A stretch of 64,000 nucleotides of DNA, taken from an uncultured Synechococcaceae cyanobacterium. GTDB lineage: Bacteria; Cyanobacteriota; Cyanobacteriia; PCC-6307; Cyanobiaceae. Shown here piece after piece: positions 33,770-45,343 of the stretch. The stretch is from positions 18,313-82,312 of the forward strand of contig CACBAW010000001.1 in NCBI GenBank assembly GCA_902537275.1, given 5' to 3'. The notes below the pieces were generated by a model. It was not told the origin of the DNA and made no database searches. It saw nothing but the letters and a program-made list of their open reading frames with translations. A program made the translations under genes and the position numbers. Position 1 is the first letter of the stretch; every line of letters starts with the position of its first letter.

Positions 33770-35728
33770 ATGAGTAATTCCTCTATCGAAAAAATAAAAA
33801 ACAAATATAATTTTAAAATTGAATATAAATTAATTAATAATAAGGAGTTATTAAAATCAAGATTATCCGAAATTCCAAAGTCATCTGGTTGTTATCTTTT
33901 TAAAGATATTGATAATAACTTACTTTATATCGGTAAATCTAAAAAACTACGCAGTAGAGTAAGTAGTTATTTCAATAATTATTCAGATTTAACTCCCCGA
34001 TTAAGTTTGATGGTTCGTCAAATAACTGAAATAGAAATTATAGTCACAGATAGCGAATATGAAGCATTAAATTTGGAGTCAAATTTAATTAAAACAAACA
34101 AACCATATTTTAATATTCTTTTAAAGGATGATAAAAAATATCCATATCTTTGTATAACTTGGAGTGAAAAATATCCTCGAATTTTTATTACAAGAAGAAG
34201 AAGAAATAGAAATAATTTAGATAGATATTATGGACCTTATGTTGATGTCGGATTATTAAGGAGAACATTATTTACGATAAAAAAAATATTTCCACTTAGA
34301 CAAAGACCAAGGCCAGTCTTCAAAGATAGAACTTGTTTAAATTATTCAATAGGAAGATGTCCAGGTGTTTGCCAAGAAGTTATATCATCTGACGATTATA
34401 AAAAAATAATGAAACAAGTATCTATGATATTTCAGGGAAGAAATGATGACTTAGAAATATTTTTACAAAAAAAAATGCTGCAATTTTCAAATGATTTAGA
34501 TTATGAGAATGCAGCAAAAATAAGGGACCAAATTTCAGGTTTAAAATTATTAACTGAATCACAAAAAATATCAATACCAGATTCTTCAATTAATAGAGAT
34601 ATCTTTGGAATAGTTTCAGAAAAAAATGTAGCTAGTATACAAATTTTCCAAATGAGATCTGGTAAGCTTATTGGGAGAATTGGCTATAGTCAAAAATTAA
34701 ATAATGAAGATGAAAATCTTATTTTACAAAAGATATTAGAAGAGCATTATATGAATGTTGAACCTGTAGAAATACCATCAGAAATTCTTATTCAATATAA
34801 CCTACCAAAACAAGCAACCATAGAGGATTGGTTAACAGAGCTAAGAAAAAAGAAAGTAAAAATCCTAATCCCAAAAAGAAATAAAAAACATGAAACTGTA
34901 GAAATGGTTTTAAAAAATGCGAAATTGGAATTAGATAGAATATTAAATGGGATACAAGATAATGAATCATCAATTGAGGATCTTGCCCAAATACTTGAAT
35001 TAAACGAACAGCCTAAAAGAATTGAAGGTTATGATATAAGCCATATTCAAGGTAGTGACCCTGTAGCATCACAAGTCGTTTTTATTGATGGGATTCCTTC
35101 TAAACAGCATTATAGGAAATATAAAATTAAAGATCCAAAAGTTTTTATAGGACATAGTGATGATTTTGCTTCGATATATGAAGTAATACATAGAAGGTTT
35201 AAAAAATGGTCAAGATTTAAAAAAAGCGGAGGGGATTTTTCAATATTAAATGATAAAACGAATAGTAAATTAGACAATGAACTTCTATCAGATTGGCCTG
35301 ATTTAATAATGATTGATGGAGGAAAAGGACAGTTAAATGCAGCTATAAAAGCATTAAAAGAATTAAATCTTGAGGAAGAAGTAACTATATGTTCATTGGC
35401 AAAAAAAAATGAAGAAATATTTATTCCAGGATTTACTAAGTCTCTTGATACTGATGAAAATCAAAAAGGAGTTCTTCTATTAAGAAGGGTAAGAGATGAA
35501 GCACATAGATTTGCATTATCTTTTCATAGAGACAAAAGATCCACAAGAATGAATAGATCTCAATTGTCCCAAATCAGTGGATTAGGACCATCAAGAATTA
35601 GAGAATTGCTTGAGCATTTTAAATCAATAGATGCGATAAGAATAGCTAGTAAAGAGGATTTATCAAAAGTTAAAGGACTTGGGAAAAATTCAGTAAATGA
35701 TATATATGAATATTTTAACGAGTTATAA
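33770..35728 (+). CDS. uvrC: excinuclease ABC subunit C
   Basis: GIY-YIG (YIGKSKKLRSRVSSY), IEGYDISH, IDGGKGQ, HhH end. Confidence 0.98.
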   Translation: MSNSSIEKIKNKYNFKIEYKLINNKELLKSRLSEIPKSSGCYLFKDIDNNLLYIGKSKKLRSRVSSYFNNYSDLTPRLSLMVRQITEIEIIVTDSEYEALNLESNLIKTNKPYFNILLKDDKKYPYLCITWSEKYPRIFITRRRRNRNNLDRYYGPYVDVGLLRRTLFTIKKIFPLRQRPRPVFKDRTCLNYSIGRCPGVCQEVISSDDYKKIMKQVSMIFQGRNDDLEIFLQKKMLQFSNDLDYENAAKIRDQISGLKLLTESQKISIPDSSINRDIFGIVSEKNVASIQIFQMRSGKLIGRIGYSQKLNNEDENLILQKILEEHYMNVEPVEIPSEILIQYNLPKQATIEDWLTELRKKKVKILIPKRNKKHETVEMVLKNAKLELDRILNGIQDNESSIEDLAQILELNEQPKRIEGYDISHIQGSDPVASQVVFIDGIPSKQHYRKYKIKDPKVFIGHSDDFASIYEVIHRRFKKWSRFKKSGGDFSILNDKTNSKLDNELLSDWPDLIMIDGGKGQLNAAIKALKELNLEEEVTICSLAKKNEEIFIPGFTKSLDTDENQKGVLLLRRVRDEAHRFALSFHRDKRSTRMNRSQLSQISGLGPSRIRELLEHFKSIDAIRIASKEDLSKVKGLGKNSVNDIYEYFNEL

Positions 35729-35816
35729 ATATTAATTAATTTTTGAAAATTAGATTTCTTGATATTGTTAAATATAACTATATTAAAAATATATATTTTT
35801 AAATTAATCTAGTAAT

Positions 35817-36383
35817 TTGGCAGCTGAAGCATATCTCTGGTTTAAATCACTTCACATTATTGGTGTAATCGTTTGGTTTGCGGGACTTTTTTATTTAGTA
35901 AGACTTTTTATATATCATGAAGAATCTAAAAATATGGATAATGAATTAAAAATTGCCTTTAATAAACAATACACCTTGATGGAAAAAAGGCTGGCGAATA
36001 TAATCACAACACCTGGGATGATATTAGCTTTAAGTATGGCTATTTGCATGGTTATTATGCAACCAAGTTGGTTAAGTGAGAAGTGGTTGCAAATTAAAAT
36101 TTCTTTTGTTTTGGGATTAGTAATTTATCATTCTTATTGTTATAAAATAATGTATTCATTACAAAATGGTACTTCAACCATTTCATCAAAAAACCTTAGA
36201 TTATTAAATGAATTGCCTACTTTATTATTATTTATTATTGTACTTTTAGTTATTTTTAAAAATAATTTTCCAACTAGTGTTGCTACATGGAGCGTAGTTG
36301 GACTAATTATTTTCATGTTGGCTTCAATACAATTATATGCAAAGATTAGAAAGAAAAATGAGAATTCATTAAGTAATGAATAG
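35817..36383 (+). CDS. hemJ: protoporphyrinogen oxidase HemJ
   Basis: WFKSLHIIGVIVWFAGLFYLVRLFIYH, NELPT. Confidence 0.94.
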   Translation: MAAEAYLWFKSLHIIGVIVWFAGLFYLVRLFIYHEESKNMDNELKIAFNKQYTLMEKRLANIITTPGMILALSMAICMVIMQPSWLSEKWLQIKISFVLGLVIYHSYCYKIMYSLQNGTSTISSKNLRLLNELPTLLLFIIVLLVIFKNNFPTSVATWSVVGLIIFMLASIQLYAKIRKKNENSLSNE

Positions 36384-37023
36384 GGAAGACTTAGTAAAAT
36401 TAACTTCCAATATTAATAAAAATAGTTGTCCTAAAAATATTAATTTTCACTGTCATACAAAATTTAGTGATGGAAGTTTAGAACCATATGAACTTTTAGA
36501 ACAAGCTTATAAAAATAACTTAAAATTTTTATCAATAACCGATCATCATACAATTAAAGCTCATGAATATATTAAAAAAAATAATATACTTAAAAACTAT
36601 CCTAAAGATTCTTTTACATTAATTTCGGGAATAGAAATTAATTGTTTGATTTTAGGATGTTTAGTACATGTAATTGGATTGGGAATAGATATAAAAAGTA
36701 AATACCTAAATCCCTACATCCTTGGAGAGTCTCCAATAGGTAATGATTTAAATATTAAATCAGTTATAAAAGCAATAAATTTAGCTGGTGGTTTATCATT
36801 TCTTGCACATCCAGCGAGATACAGGATTCCCTTTTATAAATTAATTCCAGAGGCCAAAATACAAGGTATTGATGGAATAGAGGTTTGGTACGATTATGAA
36901 CTTAATGAAGTATGGAATCCTAGTTTATTTGTATGTTCAGAAATAGATAAATTAGCAGATAAATATTCAATGCTAAAAACATGCGGAACAGATAGTCATG
37001 GACTTTCGCTATTAGGTAGATAA
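36376..37023 (+). CDS. PHP-domain metal-dependent phosphoesterase
   Basis: HCHTKFSDG, ITDHH, AHPARY, GTDSHG. Confidence 0.92.
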   Translation: MNREDLVKLTSNINKNSCPKNINFHCHTKFSDGSLEPYELLEQAYKNNLKFLSITDHHTIKAHEYIKKNNILKNYPKDSFTLISGIEINCLILGCLVHVIGLGIDIKSKYLNPYILGESPIGNDLNIKSVIKAINLAGGLSFLAHPARYRIPFYKLIPEAKIQGIDGIEVWYDYELNEVWNPSLFVCSEIDKLADKYSMLKTCGTDSHGLSLLGR

Positions 37024-37024
37024 T

Positions 37025-40000
37025 TCAGAATTCGTTTTTTTCAATTATTGAATCAGTATTAATAATTATGTTCTTTAAATTTTCAATGACATCTGATGAA
37101 CAATTAATCCACATTTTTCTATTGACAATTTCAAGAAATCTTTGTGCAATATCTCTTAAAGCCCATGGATTATTCTTTAGAAAGAAATTCCTAAGATCCA
37201 GATCACATAACCATGATTTATAAACTTCCTCATAACACCAATCTGATACTACTTCAGTAGAGGCATCAAAAGCATATAAGTAGTCTAGTGTAGCTGAAAA
37301 TTCAAACGCTCCTTTATAACCATTATCCTTCATTCCATTTATCCATTTAGGGTTAAGTATTCTTGATATAACAACTTTATTAATTTCATCTTGTAATTTT
37401 GAAATTTTGGATAATCCAAATTTTGATAAATCACCATGATACATTTCAGGAAATTTACCGCTCAATGTTTTTATTGCTGAAGATAATCCACCCTGAAACT
37501 GATAATAATCATCAGAATCTAAAATATCATGTTCCTTATTATCTTGGTTATGAACAACTAACTGCACATTTTTAAGAGCATTTTCTAATGATTTTTTATC
37601 CTCTATAGGTTCATCAATATCACTGTAAATCCACTTACTCCAATTAAGAAAAGATTCTCCAAAATCATCAATATTTTCCCAATTAGAATTAGAAATTAGT
37701 TCTTGCAGACCAGCTCCATATGAACCTGGCGCTGAACCAAATATACGATTAATTGAATCACCATCCCTTGATGCCCCAGCAAGAGGGTTAAATTTATCAT
37801 CCTCATTAAGATTAGAAACAAGATTTATTGCTTTAGAAGTTAATTTAACTAACTGTGGAAATGCATCTCTAAACATTCCCGAAATCCTTAAAGTAACATC
37901 AACCCTTGGTCTTTCGAGAACAGATAAAGGAATGATTTCTAGATCAACTACTCTTCTTGAGGGCCCATCCCAAATAGGCTGTACTCCTAATAAATATAGT
38001 ATTTGACATATGTCTTCACCACCATTTCTCATTGTGGATGTTGCCCATACAGATATTGCTATATTTTTTAAATCTTCTCCATTATCTTGTTTGTATAAAT
38101 CAAGTATTTGTGAAGCAGACTGACAACCAACACTCCATGCTGATTCAGTTGGCAGTCCTCTCGAATCAACTGAAAAGAAATTTTTACCAGTGGGTAAAGT
38201 TTCAGTTTTGCCTCTCGTGGGAGCTCCAGATGGACCACTTTTTACATATTGTCCCTTTAATGAATTAATAAATGATAATTTCTCATTATATGAAGAATTA
38301 ATAATTGGAATTAGAATCTCTTTTTTTAATAATAAAAAATACTTATTATGTTTTTTTTCATTAAAGAAATAGTCTATTATTTTCTGATTTTTATATTTTT
38401 CTAGATTTTTTATATCGGTATTCTTTTTGTAAAAAAACAAATATATTAAATACTTTGCTTGTTGTTCCAAAAAATCAATAGCCATTCTAAAGTTTAAAAT
38501 GTTTTTGTTGGAATAAGTCAATAATATTTTTTTATCCTTTTCACTTAACATTTGATCTAATTGATTTGTCCAAGGATTCAAATCTAGTTTTAAATGTTTT
38601 GCTATATATTGAATAACACCAATTCTGTTCGTATTTGGTACTCTAGCAATACACAAGAATAAATTTATTTCATTAATGTCATTCTGCCTATTGCCAAAAA
38701 TATGCAAACCTGTCCTAATTTGAGATTCTTTAATTTTGCAAAGAAAGGAATCAATTTCTTCTATTTGATTATTTTTATTCTTTAAAGTAATTTCGCTAAA
38801 ATCTTTTTTTATTAATTCAAAAATGGAATTTTCTATTATTTCGATCCGATTAGAATTTAATAATTTTGCTTCAAAATATTCGTCTAAATAATTTTCTAAT
38901 ATTGAATATTTTCCATATAATTCTGACCTATCCAAAGGAGGGGTTAAATGATCAATAATTGTTGCAGCAGTTCTTCTTTTAGCTTGGGATCCTTCTCCAG
39001 GATCATTAACGATAAAGGGATATATGTTGGGTATTGCTGGACAAATAATATTTGGAAAACATTTATTGCTGAGACCTATAGATTTACCAGGTAACCATTC
39101 AACAGTCCCATGTTTACCAATATGGCACATAGCATTTGCATTAAAAACTTTTTCAATCCAAAAATATTGTGCTAAATATCTATGGGGCGGTGGAAGATCG
39201 GGAGAGTGCATATCTCTATCAGTGAAAGCGTCATAACCTCTTTGAGGTTGAATCAATAATGTTATTTTTCCAAATCTAATACCATTTATTGAGAAACCTT
39301 TATTATCTAGATCGATCGCATCAGATGGTTTACCCCAACGACTAACAATAATATTTTTGGGATCAATTTCTAAATAATTCCAATATTTTAAATATTCACT
39401 AAGTGGTAAGTAATCTAATGGTTTATTATTTTGAGATTCAATATCATTAGTTCTAGTTTTTATAAGCATTGACATTAATTCCGAAGAATCTTGAGGATAA
39501 TTGCAAGATCCAAGGTCATAACCTTCTTCTTTTAACCAATTAAAAATATTTATTATTGAAGATGGTGTATTTAGACCAACGCCATTACCGATTCTTCCGT
39601 TCTTTACTGGATAATTACTTATAACTAAACAAATTCTTTTATCAAAATTATTAAGTTTCTGAAGTTTCACATAATTTGTTGCAAATTTTGAAATCCATTG
39701 AATACCTACTTGATCAGCTTTGTAACTAGTTATTTCACTATATAGTGTATTTTTCTTAGAAATTATTTCTTTAAATGCTGAAGGACAGGTAGTAATTCTT
39801 CCATCAAATTCAGGAATAATTATTTGCATTAATAAATCAGATGAATTCATTCCAATAGATGAATTTAACCACTTTTTTCTTGATCTATTAGAAGAAAGAA
39901 GCTGTAAAATTGGAATTTTAAGAGAAGTAAAAATATTTGTTGAATTTTCAATTAATTCATTATTTTTGATTTGAGATGAAGAAAATGAAGTTGTGGTAAT

Positions 40001-40762
40001 TATTAGTTTAATATCTTCTTTTTTAAAAATTTCTATTAATTTCTTCTGAATAATATGATCTTTTAGTGTTGAAATAAAAAATGTTTTAGGAGATAATCCG
40101 CATTTTCTTAATTGCAAGTTAAGTTTTTCATTTACTTCAATTTCATTAGCCAAAAAAAGTGATTTATAGGATATTATTCCTATCTTTTCGCCACTCTCAT
40201 TTTTCCAATCATGTAAATAGGGATCTGCATAAAAAGTAATATTCAAAAAATTATCAGGAATTAATTTTTCATCTACAACTAAATAATTTAAACAATTAAG
40301 AAACTTTCTATAATTATCCAGTCCTCCAGATCTTAGTAATCTAGAAATATTTAATGCAATATTTTTATCTATACTACTTATTTCACATAAGGAAATTTCC
40401 TGATCAATGGTACCTGATAGGATTACTAACTTCCTTTTTTTATTAACTGCTTGCCAATTTAAAAGTTGTTCAATTCCATAGTTCCATGTACCTTTATCTC
40501 CAAATATTCTAAGTACGACTACTTTTGCATAATTTATTGTTTTTAATAAATAATTATCTATTTGAGCAGAAGAATTTAAATTAGAAATTTCTAAAGCTCT
40601 TATATTATTTTTTAATGAAGCAAATTCTTTTTCTAACAATAAGTTTGATATAAGATTTAAATCAGCCTTGACACTTGTTATAAAAATAAAATCAGCAGCT
40701 GGTTGCTCAATTAAATCATCCTTATTCTTTTCATTTCCTGCTATATTTAATATCCTGTGCAT
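37025..40762 (-). CDS. cobN: cobaltochelatase subunit CobN
   Basis: HIGKHGTVEWLPGK, VNDPGEGSQAKRR, LPTGKNF, DILDSDDYYQFQGG. Confidence 0.95.
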   Translation of the reverse strand: MHRILNIAGNEKNKDDLIEQPAADFIFITSVKADLNLISNLLLEKEFASLKNNIRALEISNLNSSAQIDNYLLKTINYAKVVVLRIFGDKGTWNYGIEQLLNWQAVNKKRKLVILSGTIDQEISLCEISSIDKNIALNISRLLRSGGLDNYRKFLNCLNYLVVDEKLIPDNFLNITFYADPYLHDWKNESGEKIGIISYKSLFLANEIEVNEKLNLQLRKCGLSPKTFFISTLKDHIIQKKLIEIFKKEDIKLIITTTSFSSSQIKNNELIENSTNIFTSLKIPILQLLSSNRSRKKWLNSSIGMNSSDLLMQIIIPEFDGRITTCPSAFKEIISKKNTLYSEITSYKADQVGIQWISKFATNYVKLQKLNNFDKRICLVISNYPVKNGRIGNGVGLNTPSSIINIFNWLKEEGYDLGSCNYPQDSSELMSMLIKTRTNDIESQNNKPLDYLPLSEYLKYWNYLEIDPKNIIVSRWGKPSDAIDLDNKGFSINGIRFGKITLLIQPQRGYDAFTDRDMHSPDLPPPHRYLAQYFWIEKVFNANAMCHIGKHGTVEWLPGKSIGLSNKCFPNIICPAIPNIYPFIVNDPGEGSQAKRRTAATIIDHLTPPLDRSELYGKYSILENYLDEYFEAKLLNSNRIEIIENSIFELIKKDFSEITLKNKNNQIEEIDSFLCKIKESQIRTGLHIFGNRQNDINEINLFLCIARVPNTNRIGVIQYIAKHLKLDLNPWTNQLDQMLSEKDKKILLTYSNKNILNFRMAIDFLEQQAKYLIYLFFYKKNTDIKNLEKYKNQKIIDYFFNEKKHNKYFLLLKKEILIPIINSSYNEKLSFINSLKGQYVKSGPSGAPTRGKTETLPTGKNFFSVDSRGLPTESAWSVGCQSASQILDLYKQDNGEDLKNIAISVWATSTMRNGGEDICQILYLLGVQPIWDGPSRRVVDLEIIPLSVLERPRVDVTLRISGMFRDAFPQLVKLTSKAINLVSNLNEDDKFNPLAGASRDGDSINRIFGSAPGSYGAGLQELISNSNWENIDDFGESFLNWSKWIYSDIDEPIEDKKSLENALKNVQLVVHNQDNKEHDILDSDDYYQFQGGLSSAIKTLSGKFPEMYHGDLSKFGLSKISKLQDEINKVVISRILNPKWINGMKDNGYKGAFEFSATLDYLYAFDASTEVVSDWCYEEVYKSWLCDLDLRNFFLKNNPWALRDIAQRFLEIVNRKMWINCSSDVIENLKNIIINTDSIIEKNEF

Positions 40763-40834
40763 TTTTATATATAAATAAGGTTTAGAATACGTTAGTAAGA
40801 TAAAACAAGTTTACCTTAATTAAATAAATTTAAT

Positions 40835-41749
40835 ATGCATGAATTTCTTCCATACGCCTGGTTCGAAGGTAAATGTATTCCATTTAAAGAAGCAAAAATA
40901 TCAATAGCTACTCATGCACTACATTACGGTACTGCAGCATTTGGAGGAATGAGAGCGATACCTAACCCAACAAACAAAGAAGAATTCCTTTTGTTTAGAA
41001 CTGATAAACATATAAAAAGATTATCTCAAAGTGCAAAATTACTCTTAACTGAAATTTCTGAAGAATATATTTTTAAAGCCTTAGAAGAAGTTATAAAAAG
41101 AAACAAGCCAGAAAAACCTATTTATATAAGACCATTTGTATATACAAGCGATTTAGGTATAGCGCCAAGGTTACACAATATTGAAACAAATTTCTTTATT
41201 TATTGTATTGAACTAGGAGATTATCTATCCCCAGATGGTGTTTCTTGTAGAATGAGTAGTTGGACAAGACAAGAAGATAGATCTCTCCCCTTAAGAGGAA
41301 AAATAAGTGGAGCATATATTACTAGTTCATTAGCCAAAACAGAAGCTAGTTTATCGGGTTTTGATGAAGCCCTGCTATTAAATTCAAGTGGTAAGGTTAG
41401 CGAAGCTAGTGGTATGAATTTATTTATTGTAAGGAATGGAGACTTAATCACTCCTGGTGTTGATCAAGATATTCTTGAGGGTATTACTAGAGCTAGTGTA
41501 ATTGAATTAGCAAAATCATTTGGAATAAATGTAATTGAAAGGCCTGTTGATAAAACAGAATTATTAATAGCAGATGAAGTTTTTCTAACTGGTACAGCAG
41601 CAAAAATTACACCAGTTAAAAAAATTGAATCAACTGAATTAAATGTTGAAAGACCAATAATGAATAAATTAAAAAGTAAGCTTATAGAAATAACAGAAGG
41701 TCGTTCTCAAGACTATGATAATTGGGTAACAAGAATTTCACTAAAATAA
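40835..41749 (+). CDS. ilvE: branched-chain amino acid aminotransferase
   Basis: HALHYGTAAFGGMR, KISGAY, ILEGITR. Confidence 0.96.
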   Translation: MHEFLPYAWFEGKCIPFKEAKISIATHALHYGTAAFGGMRAIPNPTNKEEFLLFRTDKHIKRLSQSAKLLLTEISEEYIFKALEEVIKRNKPEKPIYIRPFVYTSDLGIAPRLHNIETNFFIYCIELGDYLSPDGVSCRMSSWTRQEDRSLPLRGKISGAYITSSLAKTEASLSGFDEALLLNSSGKVSEASGMNLFIVRNGDLITPGVDQDILEGITRASVIELAKSFGINVIERPVDKTELLIADEVFLTGTAAKITPVKKIESTELNVERPIMNKLKSKLIEITEGRSQDYDNWVTRISLK

Positions 41750-41767
41750 ATTTTTTTTTGCCTAAAA

Positions 41768-44700
41768 ATGGAATCTTTCAGAACCTATTTAAATAGAGAC
41801 GAAAAACCATTAATTATTTTTGACGGAGGTACTGGAACATCTTTTCAGAACTTAAATCTTACTGCAGATGACTTTGGAGGAAAAGAATTAGAGGGATGTA
41901 ATGAAAACCTTGTTTTATCATCGCCAAGGGTAGTTGAGAAGGTTCATAATTCATTTTTAGAAGCAGGTTGTCATGTTATTGAAACTAATACATTTGGTGC
42001 CTCATCAATAGTTCTAGATGAATATGATATTGCAGATAAGGCTTATGAGATAAATAAAAATGCAGCATTTATAGCAAAAAAAGCTGCTGCCAAATACTCA
42101 TCAGTTGATAAACCAAGGTTTGTAGCAGGTTCAATTGGGCCAACAACTAAATTACCCACCTTAGGACATATAGATTTTGATGAATTAAAGCAATCATATA
42201 AAGAACAAATTTATGGTCTTATAGATGGAGGAGTTGATCTTCTTTTGATTGAAACTTGTCAGGATGTTTTACAAATTAAATCTGCCTTATTAGCATCAAA
42301 AGAAATTCTAGAAAGTAAAAAAATTGATATACCTTTAATGGTATCTATAACAATGGAAACAACAGGTACTATGCTTGTTGGATCTGATATTGCTTCTGCA
42401 TTAACAATATTAGAGCCATTTAATATAGATATCCTTGGACTTAATTGTGCAACTGGTCCTGAGCAAATGAAGGAACATATTAAATATTTGTCTGAAAATT
42501 CTCCCTTCGCTATAAGCTGTATTCCCAATGCAGGTCTTCCTGAAAATATTGGTGGTGTAGCTCACTATAGATTAAAGCCAATAGAATTAAAGATGCAGTT
42601 AATGAATTTTATATATGACTTTAATGTTCAATTAATAGGTGGATGTTGTGGGACAACACCTGAACATATAAAATACCTGTCTTCAATAATCGATGAAATT
42701 ATTAATATTGAAAGGACCTACAACAATGGTAAGAAAAATTCAAGTGGTTTTATTCCATCTGCCTCATCAATATATAACTCTGTACCATATAAACAAGACA
42801 ATTCAATTTTAATAGTAGGAGAAAGATTAAATGCAAGTGGATCGAAAAAGGTAAGGGAGTTATTAAATAACGACAATTGGGATGGCTTAGTTGCAATTGC
42901 CAAGCAACAACAAAAAGAAAATGCTCACGTTCTTGATGTAAATGTAGATTATGTAGGCAGAGATGGAGTGAAAGATATGAAAGAAATAACTTCAAGACTA
43001 GTTACCAATATAAATTTACCATTAATGATTGACTCTACAGATGCTGACAAAATGGAAAGTGGATTAAAGTCAGCTGGTGGTAAATGTATTATAAATTCAA
43101 CCAATTACGAAGATGGCAATGAAAGATTTGATCAAGTTCTAAATTTAGCCTTAGGGTATGGTTCAGGTCTTGTTGTCGGAACAATTGATGAAGATGGAAT
43201 GGCAAGGAATTCAGAAAAAAAATATAAGATTGTCAAACGAGCGATTAATAGAACAAGAGAATGTGGTTTGTCAGATTATGAGCTATTTATTGATCCATTA
43301 GCTCTGCCAATATCTACAGGGATAGAAGAAGATAGATTAAACGCTAAAGAAACTATTAGTGCTATATTAAAAATTCGTGAAAATTTCCCAGATATTCATA
43401 TCATACTTGGGATATCAAACATTAGTTTTGGCCTTTCACCATTATCAAGAATTAATCTAAATTCAATATTTTTAGATGAATGCATTAAAGCAGGATTAGA
43501 TTCTGCTATCATCGCACCAAATAAAATTTTGCCATTATCAAAAATTTCTGAAGAAACTAAAAAGCTTTGCTTAGATTTGATTTATGATAAAAGAAAATTT
43601 GAAGATGATATTTGTATTTATGATCCATTAGTAGAATTAACAAAGACTTTTCAAGATTTATCTATTCAAGATTTCAAAAAAGCATCTTCAGAAAATAAAA
43701 ACCTAACTCTTGAAGAAAGTCTGAAAAATCATATTATAGATGGAGAAAAAATAGGATTAGAGGATCAATTAAATAAAGCTTTAAAAAAATATAAACCTCT
43801 TGAAATAATTAATACCTTTTTACTAGATGGGATGAAAGTTGTAGGAGATTTATTTGGCTCAGGTCAAATGCAATTGCCATTTGTACTCCAATCCGCCGAA
43901 ACAATGAAATTTGCTGTTTCAATTTTAGAACCATACATGGAAACTGTAGATGAAAATATATCAAATGGAAAACTCTTAATTGCAACTGTCAAAGGCGATG
44001 TACATGATATTGGAAAAAATTTGGTAGATATAATACTTACAAATAATGGTTATGACGTAATAAATCTAGGAATAAAGCAAGATGTTTCAGCAATTATAGA
44101 TGCACAAAAAAAATACAAAGCAGATTGCATCGCTATGAGCGGATTACTTGTTAAATCAACTGCTTTTATGAAAGATAATTTAGAGGCTTTTAACAATGAA
44201 AATATTAGTGTACCAGTAATATTAGGAGGCGCAGCCTTAACCCCAAAATTTGTAAATGAGGACTGCAGCAAAATATATAAAGGGAAAATATTGTACGGAA
44301 AAGATGCTTTCACTGATCTTAAATTCATGAATGAATATATGGATAATAAGAAAAAGGGTAATTGGTCAAATACAGAGGGTTTCATTAACAATGAGGGTAT
44401 AAATATTAATTTAGCCTCATCAAAATCAAACTCTCAAGCTGTTAAAAAATCAATATCCATAAATACCGAGACTTCCAAATTAAATTTAAAAGAAAATTTT
44501 ATAAGATCTAAATATATAAATGAAGAAGATCCAATTCAAGCCCCTTTCTTGGGAACGAAAGTCTTGAACGATGTTGATATAGATTTAAATAAGTTAATAT
44601 TTTATTTAGATAAAAAAGCTTTATTTAGCGGGCAATGGCAAATAAAAAAAGGAAAAAACCAAGGCATAGATGAATACAATAATTATTTGGATTCATATGC

Positions 44701-45334
44701 TAAACCATTGTTAGATAAATGGTTAGAGATAATTATAGAGAAAAAACTTATATCACCCAAAGCAGTTTATGGATATTTCAGATGCGGGAGAAAAGATAAT
44801 AGTATTTTCTTATTTGATGAGAAATCATTAAATAAAATTTCCCAATTTAATTTTCCACGACAAAAATCTGGGAATAATTTATGCATAGCTGATTTTTATT
44901 GTGATTTGAAAAATGATAAACCGATAGATATATTTCCTATGCAGGCAGTAACCATGGGCGATATTGCTAGCGAATATTCTCAAAAATTATTTAAAGAAGA
45001 TAAATATAGCGATTATTTGTTATTCCATGGACTTACAGTGCAATTAGCAGAAGCTCTAGCTGAATATGTCCATGCATTAATTCGTATTGAATGTGGTTTT
45101 AGGTCTGAAGAACCAGACAAAAATAGAGAAATATTAGCTCAAAAATATAGAGGAGCTAGATATTCTTTTGGTTATCCTGCATGTCCAAAAGTATCTGATT
45201 CAAACATGCAATTATCATTGTTGGATGCCAAAAGAATAAACTTGACCATGGATGAATCTGAACAACTTCATCCAGAACAAAGTACTACAGCTATCATTTC
45301 ACTACACTCAAAAGCTAAATATTTTAGCGCTTAA
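41768..45334 (+). CDS. metH: cobalamin-dependent methionine synthase
   Basis: GLNCATGP, GGCCGTTP, DVHDIGKN, RYSFGYPACP. Confidence 0.98.
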   Translation: MESFRTYLNRDEKPLIIFDGGTGTSFQNLNLTADDFGGKELEGCNENLVLSSPRVVEKVHNSFLEAGCHVIETNTFGASSIVLDEYDIADKAYEINKNAAFIAKKAAAKYSSVDKPRFVAGSIGPTTKLPTLGHIDFDELKQSYKEQIYGLIDGGVDLLLIETCQDVLQIKSALLASKEILESKKIDIPLMVSITMETTGTMLVGSDIASALTILEPFNIDILGLNCATGPEQMKEHIKYLSENSPFAISCIPNAGLPENIGGVAHYRLKPIELKMQLMNFIYDFNVQLIGGCCGTTPEHIKYLSSIIDEIINIERTYNNGKKNSSGFIPSASSIYNSVPYKQDNSILIVGERLNASGSKKVRELLNNDNWDGLVAIAKQQQKENAHVLDVNVDYVGRDGVKDMKEITSRLVTNINLPLMIDSTDADKMESGLKSAGGKCIINSTNYEDGNERFDQVLNLALGYGSGLVVGTIDEDGMARNSEKKYKIVKRAINRTRECGLSDYELFIDPLALPISTGIEEDRLNAKETISAILKIRENFPDIHIILGISNISFGLSPLSRINLNSIFLDECIKAGLDSAIIAPNKILPLSKISEETKKLCLDLIYDKRKFEDDICIYDPLVELTKTFQDLSIQDFKKASSENKNLTLEESLKNHIIDGEKIGLEDQLNKALKKYKPLEIINTFLLDGMKVVGDLFGSGQMQLPFVLQSAETMKFAVSILEPYMETVDENISNGKLLIATVKGDVHDIGKNLVDIILTNNGYDVINLGIKQDVSAIIDAQKKYKADCIAMSGLLVKSTAFMKDNLEAFNNENISVPVILGGAALTPKFVNEDCSKIYKGKILYGKDAFTDLKFMNEYMDNKKKGNWSNTEGFINNEGININLASSKSNSQAVKKSISINTETSKLNLKENFIRSKYINEEDPIQAPFLGTKVLNDVDIDLNKLIFYLDKKALFSGQWQIKKGKNQGIDEYNNYLDSYAKPLLDKWLEIIIEKKLISPKAVYGYFRCGRKDNSIFLFDEKSLNKISQFNFPRQKSGNNLCIADFYCDLKNDKPIDIFPMQAVTMGDIASEYSQKLFKEDKYSDYLLFHGLTVQLAEALAEYVHALIRIECGFRSEEPDKNREILAQKYRGARYSFGYPACPKVSDSNMQLSLLDAKRINLTMDESEQLHPEQSTTAIISLHSKAKYFSA

Positions 45335-45343
45335 GCTAAATTT